Source: an uncultured virus (IMG/VR IMGVR_UViG_3300001605_000002)
Taxonomy: Duplodnaviria > Heunggongvirae > Uroviricota > Caudoviricetes
Reading direction: 5' to 3' (one strand)
IMG/VR virus record: IMGVR_UViG_3300001605_000002
Span: 1 to 64,000 of that record
Length of the DNA stretch: 64,000 nucleotides
Shown: piece by piece, positions 1 through 8,984 of the stretch
Layout of the letters: every line of letters begins with the position of its first letter
Position numbering within the stretch: the stretch's first letter is position 1
Notes under the pieces: generated by a model
The model's database searches: none
Seen by the model: the letters and a program-made list of their open reading frames with translations, nothing else
Told to the model about the DNA's origin: nothing
Program-made: the position numbers and the translations under genes

Positions 1-2
1 GG

Positions 3-266
3 ATGAACGACCGGCCGCTGACCGGCGACGAGCAGACGGTCCGCCCGACGATGGCGATGGCCTGTTGCATGCGCCGCCTTCGGTTAACCGGCGGGTACCT
101 CGTCCGGACGCGCGGGATGGGCTGGAAGGTCGAGACCGAGGCGGGCGGGCCGCTCTACTGGTTCGCGCCGACGACGGTCAACGGGCTCAAGAATCGAGGA
201 TGGGTCGACGACGACGGTCGGCTCACGAGGCAAGGAATCGCGGCGATGGAGCGTTACCGAACATGA
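3..266 (+). CDS. hypothetical phage protein (may be 5'-partial)
   Basis: 87-aa ORF; its TGA overlaps the ATG of the next gene (ATGA). Confidence 0.6.
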   Translation: MNDRPLTGDEQTVRPTMAMACCMRRLRLTGGYLVRTRGMGWKVETEAGGPLYWFAPTTVNGLKNRGWVDDDGRLTRQGIAAMERYRT

Positions 267-1078
267 GCGTAGAGGCGTGGGCCTGGGCCCTAAAACGAAA
301 GACCGGAAGCCAGGGGCGGAAGCTCGTCCTCCTCTGCCTCGCAAACTACGCGAGCAAGAACGGCCTCTGCTGGCCGGCGCAATCGTCCATCGCGCTGCAA
401 ACCGAGCAATCCATAGACACGCTCCAGCGTCGGCTCGACGAGCTCGAGGAAGCCGGGTTTTTGACGCGGGTCGAGCGCCCGGAGCAGAACGGAAAGAAGG
501 GCGGGAAGTACCTCTACCAGCTCCAGATGAAGGCCGAGACCCCGACGATCAACGACGAGGAAGACGACCTCGAGGCTCCGAAAACGACACCGCAACCTGC
601 GGCCAGGTCCGGGCCGACCACGCCGCAACTCGCCCTCGACCACACCGCAAACGAAGCCGAACCACACCGCACTCCTGCGGTGCTAACCGTAACCTTAGAA
701 CCGTCAAGGCTAGAACCGTCAAAGAACTCCGGGCTCGCGCCCGTCGACGACTGGCCGGATGACTTTTTCGAGCTATTCTGGGCGAAGTACCCTCCAGGTC
801 GGAAGACCTCGAAGAAGGAGGTCCGGCTCAAGCTCGAGAAGATTCGGAAGGTCGGCGACCATAAGAAGCGGCCGGTCTCCTTCGTAAAAATCATGTTGGC
901 CGTCCGGAGCTACGCCCATTCGGGAATCAAGCCCGAGTTCACGAAGGCTCCGGAGGTCTGGTTGAACAAGGAATGTTGGGAGGGCGAGACGCCCGTCTCG
1001 AGCTCGCCGACGGCGAAGGGCGACGAAGAGTTCTCGATGTTCGACATCGCGAGCGGTGCACACAGGAGGACACCTTGA
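263..1078 (+). CDS. phage replication initiator, N-terminal helix-turn-helix (HTH_36-like)
   Basis: MSVEAWAWAL...KLVLLCLANYASKNGLCWPAQSSIA N-terminus and a C-terminal FELFWAKYP...KAPEVWLNKECW domain, both typical of lambdoid-type replisome organisers; internal repeats present. Confidence 0.8.
   Translation: MSVEAWAWALKRKTGSQGRKLVLLCLANYASKNGLCWPAQSSIALQTEQSIDTLQRRLDELEEAGFLTRVERPEQNGKKGGKYLYQLQMKAETPTINDEEDDLEAPKTTPQPAARSGPTTPQLALDHTANEAEPHRTPAVLTVTLEPSRLEPSKNSGLAPVDDWPDDFFELFWAKYPPGRKTSKKEVRLKLEKIRKVGDHKKRPVSFVKIMLAVRSYAHSGIKPEFTKAPEVWLNKECWEGETPVSSSPTAKGDEEFSMFDIASGAHRRTP
585..722. repeat. putative replication origin iterons inside the initiator gene
   Basis: C(C/G)AC(A/G)CCGCA at 585, 618, 640 and 662 (33, 22, 22 bp spacing), then TAGAACCGTCAA at 696 and 711. 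Confidence 0.6.
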
Positions 1079-1920
1079 CCAGACAGGTAACGACCTACGA
1101 GCCGACCCTTCCGGGCTTGCTCCCGAACGTCGAGGCGGCGCGGCTCGCGGACAGCTTCCGGTTTATCATCGAGAGCCACGAGGCGCTCATCGACCGGATG
1201 CCGACCGTCGTCGAGCGGCAGATGCTCGCGTCGCGCTCGGCGTCGATCGACGCGGCGCTCGCGCCGCTCGGCCGCAATCGCGAAACTCACGACGCGGCGG
1301 CCGAGGCGCTCGCCGACTTGTTCGTCGCCTACGGCATCGGCCGGGCCGACAAAAAATCGGGGCAGACCGTGACCGTCTACCTCAAGCATCTCGAGGGCGT
1401 CCCGCTCTTCGCGCTCATCGCGGCCGTCGACGACGTCAAATACAATCGGGTGTACGACGTTCACCCGAGGACCGGCGACCGGATTCCGCTCGACAAGGAC
1501 TTCCCGCCGTCGTCGATAAGGCTCCGGTCGGTCGCCGAGAAGCACGTCTCGAAGCTCTACGAGGAGAAGCTCAAGTTCGACCGGGTCTTGAAGGCGAAGC
1601 GCCTGTTCGCTCCGCCGATCAACGAGGCCGAGCGCGCGAAGGTCCTCGCCGGTCTCCAGGAGTTGAGCCGCCAGCTCGGCGGTCCGGACCCGGCCGAGCA
1701 GCACGCCGCGCACGTCGCCTCGTGGCGACTTCATCTTGGGATGCTTCGCCGGAGCGAGGACATTCTCGGCGAGTACGCCGCGCGCGGCCTCGCGCCGGTT
1801 CGCGCCGGCCGCTACGCGGTCTCGCCGGAGCTCGCCCGAAAGCTCGGACCGCTTCGCCCTCTTCCCGCGCCGGAGTTCGACGACGCGCCCGGCGGTTGGA
1901 ATCGCGACGATGAGCGTTGA
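1075..1920 (+). CDS. hypothetical protein, helicase-loader position
   Basis: TTG start overlapping the initiator stop, preceded by AGGAGG; follows the initiator as lambda P follows O. Confidence 0.6.
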   Translation: MTRQVTTYEPTLPGLLPNVEAARLADSFRFIIESHEALIDRMPTVVERQMLASRSASIDAALAPLGRNRETHDAAAEALADLFVAYGIGRADKKSGQTVTVYLKHLEGVPLFALIAAVDDVKYNRVYDVHPRTGDRIPLDKDFPPSSIRLRSVAEKHVSKLYEEKLKFDRVLKAKRLFAPPINEAERAKVLAGLQELSRQLGGPDPAEQHAAHVASWRLHLGMLRRSEDILGEYAARGLAPVRAGRYAVSPELARKLGPLRPLPAPEFDDAPGGWNRDDER

Positions 1921-2040
1921 GGTCGCGCGCTCGCAATGCTATCGACTCGGGACCGGCGAGTGGTTCTTCCCGCTGGATTGGCCCCGGCTTGGTAACCCCG
2001 GATCGAGGGGCCGGGGCGGAAACGCTCCGGCCTTCGACCC

Positions 2041-2829
2041 GTGAGTGGCAAGGGCATAGGCGGGCATCAGTCGCCGGCCGCCGGCACCGTCGAGTGGCTC
2101 GTCGACCCGACGATCATCGAGAAGACCGGGCCCTACGACCTCGACCCCTGCGCGCCGATTGAGCAGCCCTACCGAACGGCGGCGCGGACCTTCACCATCG
2201 TCGACGACGGGCTCTCTCGCGCTTGGCCGAAGCGCGACCGCGTCTGGTTGAACGCGCCCTACGACGCGGTCGAGGCGTGGCTCCGCCGGCTCGCCGACCA
2301 CGGCCGAGGAACAGCGATCATCTTCGCGCGGACCGACACGGCGGCGTTCCACCGGCAGGTCTTCGAGCGGGCGACCGCCCTCTTGTGGATGGAAGGGCGG
2401 ACGTTCTTCCGGGTCGGTGAGGCGTTCTCGGTCGTCAAGACGCGGAAGACCTACCTCGCGGGCGACCGCGCGGCGGGCAACGCCGGCGGTCCGACGGTCC
2501 TCTGCGCCTACGGGATGGCCGACGCCGACGTCCTCGCCGGCTGCGGAATCCCCGGCCGGTTCGACGCGCTGCGCGTCCCGCGCTCGGTCCTCGTGTCGTT
2601 TTTTGCCACCGACAAGTCGGGCGGAAAAATCGACATGACCTGGCGAGAGGCACTCGACGCGTTCTTCGGCGACCGCGCCGACGACGTCGGGCTCGACGAG
2701 CTCTATCGCTACGCGCGCGGCCTGCCGATGGCCGCGACCAACCGGAACCCCGAGGCGAAGATCAGGCAGACGCTCGCGCGCGCCGGCTATGACCGGGTCG
2801 GCGGCGGAAAATGGAGGCGGCCGAAGTGA
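2041..2829 (+). CDS. phage Dam-like DNA N6-adenine methyltransferase with C-terminal winged-helix extension
   Basis: GIGGHQS..EWL, DLDPCA, VWLNAPY (NPPY-like), IFARTDT and GRTFF motifs; tail NRNPEAKIRQTL. Confidence 0.8.
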   Translation: MSGKGIGGHQSPAAGTVEWLVDPTIIEKTGPYDLDPCAPIEQPYRTAARTFTIVDDGLSRAWPKRDRVWLNAPYDAVEAWLRRLADHGRGTAIIFARTDTAAFHRQVFERATALLWMEGRTFFRVGEAFSVVKTRKTYLAGDRAAGNAGGPTVLCAYGMADADVLAGCGIPGRFDALRVPRSVLVSFFATDKSGGKIDMTWREALDAFFGDRADDVGLDELYRYARGLPMAATNRNPEAKIRQTLARAGYDRVGGGKWRRPK

Positions 2830-3137
2830 GCCCGAAGGACCCTCCGGTCGTCACATGGATCGAACGAATCGACAGCCACATGCTCGCGGGCGTCGCGAGC
2901 TGTTACGTCGTTCGCCACGGGTGCGTCTATGGGCTCTCGGTATTCGTCCTCGAGAAGGGCGGCCCCGCCGAGGGCGAGGGCTGGACTGGCGTCGACTACT
3001 GGCAGGCGAAGCGGAACGCGAAGGACCGGGCGGCCGCCCGGCTTGCCGAGGTCGTCGCGAAGGAATGCTTCGGGCGCCTTCCGCTCGTCGGCTCGCTCCG
3101 CGACGTCGGGGCAGACGGGGTCAACCTTCGATGGTGA
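2826..3137 (+). CDS. hypothetical protein
   Basis: GTG start overlapping the upstream TGA; in operon. Confidence 0.5.
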   Translation: MSPKDPPVVTWIERIDSHMLAGVASCYVVRHGCVYGLSVFVLEKGGPAEGEGWTGVDYWQAKRNAKDRAAARLAEVVAKECFGRLPLVGSLRDVGADGVNLRW

Positions 3138-3851
3138 TGAGCTTTCCACGGTCGGCGAAGGGAACGCCGGCGAACACGTCGCCGTCCGAGCAGGCGCGTC
3201 CGGGTCGTCGTCGACGCCGTGGGCCTCGGGCCCGCGTTCGGCGCCGACGTCCGGATCATTCATGAGCTCGCGCTCGGCGACCGCCGAATCGACATGCTGG
3301 TCGTCGGCGTCTCCGACCTGGTCGGCGTCGAGGTCAAGGGCCCGAAGGACAAGCTCGACGAGCGCCTGCGCGGGCAGATGTCGACGTTCTCGCTCTACCT
3401 GCCGGAAGTGTGGCTCGCGGTCGACAAGAAGTGGCGGGACTCGAACGCCTACCGATGGTGCCACGTCAACCGCCTCGCCATCGTCGACGGGGTCGCGGTC
3501 GAGGAGCCGCCGCGCGAGCGCCGCGACGCCATCCGCGACGACCTCTGCTGCTCGCGGCTTCTCGAGCTTCTGTGGAACGAGGAGACCATGCGGGTGGCGA
3601 AGCGCCGGCAGGTCCCGGCCGAGTACGCGCCGGGCAAATCGTTCCCGGTCCCACGCGTCAAGTCGATGCTCGCCCGGATGCTGACCGGCCACGAGATAGT
3701 CAAGGAAGTTTGCCTCGAGCTCCGGTCGCGGCCGCTGACCGGCATGGCGTCCGACGCGCCGCTCGACCGCGGCGCGAGCATCGCAGACGAAGGCCGGTTG
3801 CCCCCGGGCCCGCGTCAGACTATCAAAGCGGGGCCGAGGAAGAACCAATGA
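3131..3851 (+). CDS. PD-(D/E)XK nuclease-fold protein (sce7726/MmcB-like), 5' end apparently frameshifted
   Basis: IIHEL...RIDML...VEVKGPKDKLDERL motif in the 3219-3851 frame; probable start at 3131 or 3137 in another frame. Confidence 0.6.
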
Positions 3852-4657
3852 GCCTCCGACCCGTCAAGCCCGTCGAGTTGCCGCCCGGCGCGAAGCGCGC
3901 CTCGTTGACCGACTTCGGCGAGCCGCCGGAGCGCGTGTGGGTCGACCCGACCGAGCTCCTCATCGACGACGTCTACCAGCGCGACCTCAATCGCCGGTCG
4001 ATGGCGCTCATCGCGACGATGGTCGAGGGCTGGAAGTGGCGCCGGATGAAGACCCCCGATTGCGTTCGGGTCGGCGGGAAGCTCCACGTCATCGACGGCC
4101 AGCACACGGCGATTGCCGCCGCGACGCTCGGCATCAAGAAGATTCCGGTCGACGTCGTCGACGCGAAGACCGAGCTCGAGCGGGCCGACTCGTTCGTCTC
4201 CTACAACAAGAACCGGCTCACGATGTCGGCTCTCGACATTTACCGGGCGCAGGTCGGCGGCCGCGACCCGCTCGCGCTTAAAATCGACCGGGTCTGCAAG
4301 GCGGCGGGCGTCCGGCTCAAGGTCATTCACTTTCTTATTCAGCCGAAGGTCGGCGACACCGCCGCGATTTCGGCCATCAGGAAGCTCGTCGTTAAACGCG
4401 GCGACGAGCTCGCGACGAAGGTCCTCGGCGCGCTCGTCAAGGCGGGGCGCGCGCCGGTCTCGGCGGCCGAGATAACGGCGGCCGAGGAGTTCTACTTCGC
4501 CGGCGAGGGCGTCTCGGCGACGTCGCTCGCGGCCATCGCGCGGGAGCTCGGCCAAGAGGGTCTCCTCAAGTGCCAGGCCCGGGCGACGACCGAGCGAATC
4601 TCGACGAAGACCGCCATCGTCGACAAATATCGCGAGCTCGCGAAGAAGAGGAAGTGA
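3848..4657 (+). CDS. ParB/Srx-like N-terminal domain protein (DUF6551-like)
   Basis: LLIDDVYQRDL and VIDGQHT motifs; RBS GAGGAAGAACCAATG. Confidence 0.7.
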   Translation: MSLRPVKPVELPPGAKRASLTDFGEPPERVWVDPTELLIDDVYQRDLNRRSMALIATMVEGWKWRRMKTPDCVRVGGKLHVIDGQHTAIAAATLGIKKIPVDVVDAKTELERADSFVSYNKNRLTMSALDIYRAQVGGRDPLALKIDRVCKAAGVRLKVIHFLIQPKVGDTAAISAIRKLVVKRGDELATKVLGALVKAGRAPVSAAEITAAEEFYFAGEGVSATSLAAIARELGQEGLLKCQARATTERISTKTAIVDKYRELAKKRK

Positions 4658-5250
4658 TGACGAAGCCCAAGCCGAAGACCGATCAATGGGGCATCGTCCG
4701 CGGCGAACGCTGGCCGCTCGAGAAGATCCGGCCCTACCCGCGAAACTCGAAGACCCACCCGCCGGCGCAGGTCACGCTCCTCGCGCAAATCTTCAAGAAG
4801 TACGGGCCCGACCAAGACATCGTCGTCGACGAGGACCGGGTCATCCTCAAGGGCCACGGCCGATTGCTCGCCGCCTACGAGGCGAAGATGGGCGAGTACC
4901 CGGTCACACAACGGTTCGGGATGAGCGACGCGGACAAGCGCGCTATGCGAATCGCCGACAACCAGCTCCCGCTCCTCGGGGCCTGGGACAACGCGCTCGT
5001 CCAGGCGGAGATTTCGGAGCTCAAGCTCTCCGGGTACGACATTCAACTCCTCGGCTTCGGAGAGGCGCAGCTCGTCAACTTCGAGACGACGCCCGGACCG
5101 CCGGCGCAGTTTCCGACGTTCGACGAGAACATTCCGACCGCCCATCAATGCCCGCAGTGCGGCTACAAGTGGTCGGGCTCGTCGGCTCCGGCGGCCGAGC
5201 CGGAGGCCAAGCCGGCCAAGGCGAAGACCGCGTCGAAGAAACAGAAGTGA
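4657..5250 (+). CDS. ParB-like nuclease-domain protein with C-terminal zinc ribbon
   Basis: IRPYPRNSKTH, IVVDEDRVILKGHGRLLAA, RIADNQL and CPQCGYKW. Confidence 0.8.
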   Translation: MTKPKPKTDQWGIVRGERWPLEKIRPYPRNSKTHPPAQVTLLAQIFKKYGPDQDIVVDEDRVILKGHGRLLAAYEAKMGEYPVTQRFGMSDADKRAMRIADNQLPLLGAWDNALVQAEISELKLSGYDIQLLGFGEAQLVNFETTPGPPAQFPTFDENIPTAHQCPQCGYKWSGSSAPAAEPEAKPAKAKTASKKQK

Positions 5251-6806
5251 CCCTGTGGCTGTCCGTCCGTGACCCGAACTTCTACCGGAGCGACCGGGTC
5301 ACGCGCGATCGCCACGAGCGCCCGACGACGAACGAGCCGCTCCGGCGTTTCAATCTCGACGTCGAGCCGTCCCCGGTCATCATGGCGAACGGAATCCGGG
5401 CGGCATCGATCAAGGAACACTTCCTCGAGCTAGACGAGAACCCCTACGTGCCGGACCTCCAGAAGCCGCCCTACCGCGTCCCGTCGATGGCCGAGATAGC
5501 CAAGATCAAGCCGAACGGGCTCAAGGTCATCTCGACGTTCGCCGGCTGCGGCGGCTCGTCGCTCGGCTACCGGATGGCGGGCTTCAAGGTCTTGTGGGCG
5601 TCGGAGTTCATCGACGCGGCGCGCGAGGTCTACGAGCTTAACGCCGCGCGCGGGACCGTCGTCGACGGCCGCGACATCAGGGCGGTCACGCCGGCGGAGG
5701 TCCTCGCGGCGACCGGGCTCGAGCCAGGCGAGCTCGACGTCCTCGACGGGTCGCCCCCCTGCTCCTCGTTCTCGACGGCGGGCAAGCGGCAGGCCGGATG
5801 GGGAAAGACGAAGAAGTATTCTGACAAGGAGCAGCGGACCGATGACCTGTTCTTCGAGTACATCAGGATGGTCGACGGTCTTCGGCCGAAGGTCTTCGTC
5901 GCCGAGAACGTCTCCGGCCTCGTGAAGGGCTCGGCGAAGGGCTACTTCCTCCAAATCCTCGCGGCGATGAAGATCGCCGGCTCGGGCTACGACGTCGAGG
6001 CCCGGCTCCTCGACGCGCAGTGGCTCGGCGTCCCCCAGGCCCGCCAGCGGATCATCTTCGTCGGCGTCCGGAAGGACCTCGGCCTCAAGCCGGCGTTCCC
6101 GACGCCGCTCTCGTACCGCTACAGCGTGCGCGATGCGCTCCCGGACCTCGGCGGCGAACTCGTCCAGGGACCGGAGGTCGACCAGCGGAACGAAGGCCGC
6201 GTACTCTCGGGGAGCCCCGCGCCGACCGTCGTCGCCGGCGACGCGAAGAAGCGAACGCCGAGACAGTTCGAGGTCCGGATAGTCCCTGGCGATCGCGGCA
6301 ACCGGCGCCGGCGCGAAGAGGGAAAGCCGCACAGCCTCGAGGAGCCGCTCTCGTCGGTTCTCGCGGACGGCGGCCGCAACACGAACCGCGCTCAATTCAT
6401 GATCGAGACCGAGACCGACATCTCGCGCCAGGCCATCGGCCGGGAATACGACAAGCTCAATCCAGGGCAGGCGAGCGAGAAGTATTTCAGCCTCGTGCGG
6501 GCCGACGCCGCCGAGCCGTGCCCGACGGTGACGGCCGCCGGCGGGATGAACTCCGGCATCGCGTGCGTCGTTCACCCGACCGAGAAGCGGAAGTTTGCCA
6601 TCGCAGAGCTCAAGCGCATCTGCGCGTTTCCCGACGACTTCGCCTTGACCGGGACCTACGCGCAGCAATGGGAGCGGCTCGGTCGAGCCGTCCCCCCGGT
6701 AATGATGAGGGCTATCGCGACTACGGTCGCCGGGATTCTAGCGCGAGCTCCCGCCAAAACGTCCGAGCCCGCTCGACGTTCTTCGGGTCGTTCCACCAAA
6801 GGCTAA
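5247..6806 (+). CDS. DNA cytosine-C5 methyltransferase family, probable carboxymethyltransferase
   Basis: Motif I FAGCGG, IV GSPPCSSFS, VI ENV, VIII QARQR, IX ELKRICAFPD; motif X reads GRAVPP instead of the usual GNAVPP. Confidence 0.9.
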   Translation: MTLWLSVRDPNFYRSDRVTRDRHERPTTNEPLRRFNLDVEPSPVIMANGIRAASIKEHFLELDENPYVPDLQKPPYRVPSMAEIAKIKPNGLKVISTFAGCGGSSLGYRMAGFKVLWASEFIDAAREVYELNAARGTVVDGRDIRAVTPAEVLAATGLEPGELDVLDGSPPCSSFSTAGKRQAGWGKTKKYSDKEQRTDDLFFEYIRMVDGLRPKVFVAENVSGLVKGSAKGYFLQILAAMKIAGSGYDVEARLLDAQWLGVPQARQRIIFVGVRKDLGLKPAFPTPLSYRYSVRDALPDLGGELVQGPEVDQRNEGRVLSGSPAPTVVAGDAKKRTPRQFEVRIVPGDRGNRRRREEGKPHSLEEPLSSVLADGGRNTNRAQFMIETETDISRQAIGREYDKLNPGQASEKYFSLVRADAAEPCPTVTAAGGMNSGIACVVHPTEKRKFAIAELKRICAFPDDFALTGTYAQQWERLGRAVPPVMMRAIATTVAGILARAPAKTSEPARRSSGRSTKG

Positions 6807-7176
6807 CGCTCGACGGGTGAGGAGCGACGGCAACAAGCGCGCCGTCGCCGATTTCGTCCATCCATTCAAACAGTGGCCGCCGGTGGACGTAGAACGCCCG
6901 GGCCACGCCTAACCCGAGCAGGACCGTCCGGCGTTGCCGAAGTCGGCCCGTTAAGTTGCAAGCGCAAAGTCGAGCGACGATTCGCGGGAGGTCGTCGCCC
7001 TTCCCGGCTTTGCCAGGATAGTAGTCGAGCAGGTTCACGCGGTCGAACGCCGACAGGAACGCGGGCATCTCGAGGCCGCAAAGGGTCGCGAGCCGCGCCC
7101 CGGATTTACCGGAGAGCGGCTTGCGAGGGTCCGACCGACGAGAGGGAGCCTGGCCTATGATCAGCGGAAGGTTCAC
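6721..7176 (-). CDS. uracil-DNA glycosylase superfamily protein (short, family-4-like)
   Basis: IIGQAP...PLSGKSGARL motif 1, VLLG and PHPS motif 2; overlaps the MTase 3' end by 86 bp on the opposite strand. Confidence 0.75.
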   Translation of the reverse strand: MNLPLIIGQAPSRRSDPRKPLSGKSGARLATLCGLEMPAFLSAFDRVNLLDYYPGKAGKGDDLPRIVARLCACNLTGRLRQRRTVLLGLGVARAFYVHRRPLFEWMDEIGDGALVAVAPHPSSVSLWWNDPKNVERARTFWRELALESRRP

Positions 7177-7361
7177 AGGAACTCGAGCTCACCTTCGACA
7201 TCGCAGGTCCCCTCGACCTTCTCCTCGTTGTCGGCGTCTTCGGTTACGACGACCTTTCCGCCCTCGAGTATCGGTCGGAGGATTCGCTCGGCCTCTTCAC
7301 GGCTCGCGGCTTCGACCTCGAACGTGGCGAGGAGCGTCGCGTTAATCTTGTAGGTTTTCAT
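7173..7361 (-). CDS. small acidic hypothetical protein
   Basis: MKTYKINATLLATFEVEAASREEAER...; RBS GGAGAAGAGCCGATG. Confidence 0.65.
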   Translation of the reverse strand: MKTYKINATLLATFEVEAASREEAERILRPILEGGKVVVTEDADNEEKVEGTCDVEGELEFL

Positions 7362-7434
7362 CGGCTCTTCTCCGGAGCTTGATCGCTCCCCACGCGAGCC
7401 CCGGACGACCCGGGCGCTCGCGGACGGGAGCGGT

Positions 7435-7725
7435 CTAGTCGACGACCTCGACGTTCTCCTCCTGGAGCTCCGGCTTCGTGTTTGGGACCGGCTCGCAAAT
7501 CGACATCGCCGGCGAGAAGCTGACGTCGGGGAGGTCCGGGTTGTCGAGTGCGAGCCCCGAGACCTCGACGTCGCCGTCCGAATCATGGATGGCGGGCGAA
7601 CGATCCTTGAGCTCCCGGACGATTTGCGCGGCCTCGTCCTTGCTGCTCGCCTTAACGTAGACGGTCGCGCAGATCATAACGTCCTGGGAATAGACGTTGG
7701 TGAGCCTCGTTTTTTGCTCGGTCAC
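7435..7725 (-). CDS. acidic hypothetical protein
   Basis: GTG start, VTEQKTRL...ATVYVKASSKDEAAQIV; shares a V-x-A-x-S-x-(D/E)-E-A pattern with the downstream gene. Confidence 0.55.
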   Translation of the reverse strand: MTEQKTRLTNVYSQDVMICATVYVKASSKDEAAQIVRELKDRSPAIHDSDGDVEVSGLALDNPDLPDVSFSPAMSICEPVPNTKPELQEENVEVVD

Positions 7726-8028
7726 ATTAGCCCCCAATCGCCGTAGAACATCTCGACCCCCGTNGGGNCCCTTGCAAACGACGAGCTCGTTCGCCGTCGG
7801 TGCCGGACCCGGTCCCCATCGCATGGTGAGCGCGTTGTCGTCCCACTCCTCCCATCCGGTTAGGCGCTTCGCCTCCTCCTTTGCGGCCGCGTCGACGAAG
7901 AAGACGTTCGCCGGGTTGCCGTAGGTCTGATGGATTCCCTTAACGCCCTTCAACCGGGGCCCTTGCGGACCCCAGTTGTCGAGCTTCTCGTCGGGCGACT
8001 TCCGACCGTGGTGAATGTAGAGGTCCAT
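7722..8028 (-). CDS. hypothetical protein (contains Ns and an indel)
   Basis: MDLYIHHGRKSPDEKLDNWGPQGP...; ends FYGDWGLM-stop after a frame change at the N bases near 7764-7768. Confidence 0.55.
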
Positions 8029-8029
8029 C

Positions 8030-8500
8030 TCACGCGGCCTTCTTCGGCATCGTCGCGAACCAGACGACGTCGCCGGCGACGTTCTTGCTCGAGGTGAGCG
8101 TCGCTCCGACCTTCGCGGCGACCCGGCCGAGCGTCGACTTGCACTTCTTCCAGCCAAGCTTCTTGCAAATCGCCTTCTCGGTCGCGCCCTCGCCGCGTAG
8201 AGCCATGTCGATCATGATTGCCTGCTTCGAGCCCTCGCGGAGCCCGTCCGCGCGCGCCCCGGCCGGGGCCTTCGCCTTCTTCTTCGCCGCCGGCTTGCGC
8301 TTCGTGGCGGCCTTCTTCGTCGGTTTCTTCACGGTGTTCTCCTGGGTTGCCGCGGGCGGCGCCGGCGGCGGGGTTAGGGTCGGTTCCGCGGTCGAGCGCG
8401 GACGCTCGACCCGGTTCGTGCCGGAGGCTCTTCCGGGGACGGCGAGCGCCTCGCGGAAGGCGCGGCGTTGGAGCTCCTTCGGTCCGAGGGGCTTCGCCAT
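8030..8500 (-). CDS. DUF3489-like basic DNA-binding protein
   Basis: Lys/Ala-rich linker, then REGSKQAIMIDMALRGEGATEKAICKKLGW; alternative GTG start at 8332. Confidence 0.6.
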   Translation of the reverse strand: MAKPLGPKELQRRAFREALAVPGRASGTNRVERPRSTAEPTLTPPPAPPAATQENTVKKPTKKAATKRKPAAKKKAKAPAGARADGLREGSKQAIMIDMALRGEGATEKAICKKLGWKKCKSTLGRVAAKVGATLTSSKNVAGDVVWFATMPKKAA

Positions 8501-8503
8501 CGG

Positions 8504-8908
8504 CTATTCCCCGGCCAACTGCGCGGCGAGCTCGACGAACTTCCGGCGGGTCTTCGCGCTCTTGATGCCGGAGAACGACCGGACGATCGAGAGCCCGTCG
8601 CTCGTCGCGAGGAAGTCGGCGACGATGGACGGCGAGACGGCGACGTCGTCGACGATCATCTGCTTCGAGCGTTCGCCGACCACCGGGGCGTTCTCGAAGA
8701 AGAACGCGACCGGGACCTGGAGGATGGTCGAGATGTGCTGGAGCCGGGACGCGCCGATTCGGTTCGTGCCCTTCTCGTACTTCTGGACCTGCTGGAACGT
8801 CAGGCCGAGGGCGTCGCCGAGCTTCTCCTGCGACATCGAGAGCATCATCCGGCGCATCCGGACGCGGGCGCCGACGTGCTTGTCGACCGGGTTGGGAGTT
8901 TTCTTCAT
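8504..8908 (-). CDS. XRE-family HTH regulator, rhizobial PraR/PhrR-like
   Basis: PNPVDKHVGARVRMRRMMLSMSQEKLGDALGLTFQQVQKYEKGTNRIGASRL. Confidence 0.9.
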   Translation of the reverse strand: MKKTPNPVDKHVGARVRMRRMMLSMSQEKLGDALGLTFQQVQKYEKGTNRIGASRLQHISTILQVPVAFFFENAPVVGERSKQMIVDDVAVSPSIVADFLATSDGLSIVRSFSGIKSAKTRRKFVELAAQLAGE

Positions 8909-8984
8909 CGTGGTTCTTCCTTTCAATCGGCGGGACGACCCCACCCCGTCGCCGGCGGCCGAAGCCACCGGCGCTAGGCTGCGG

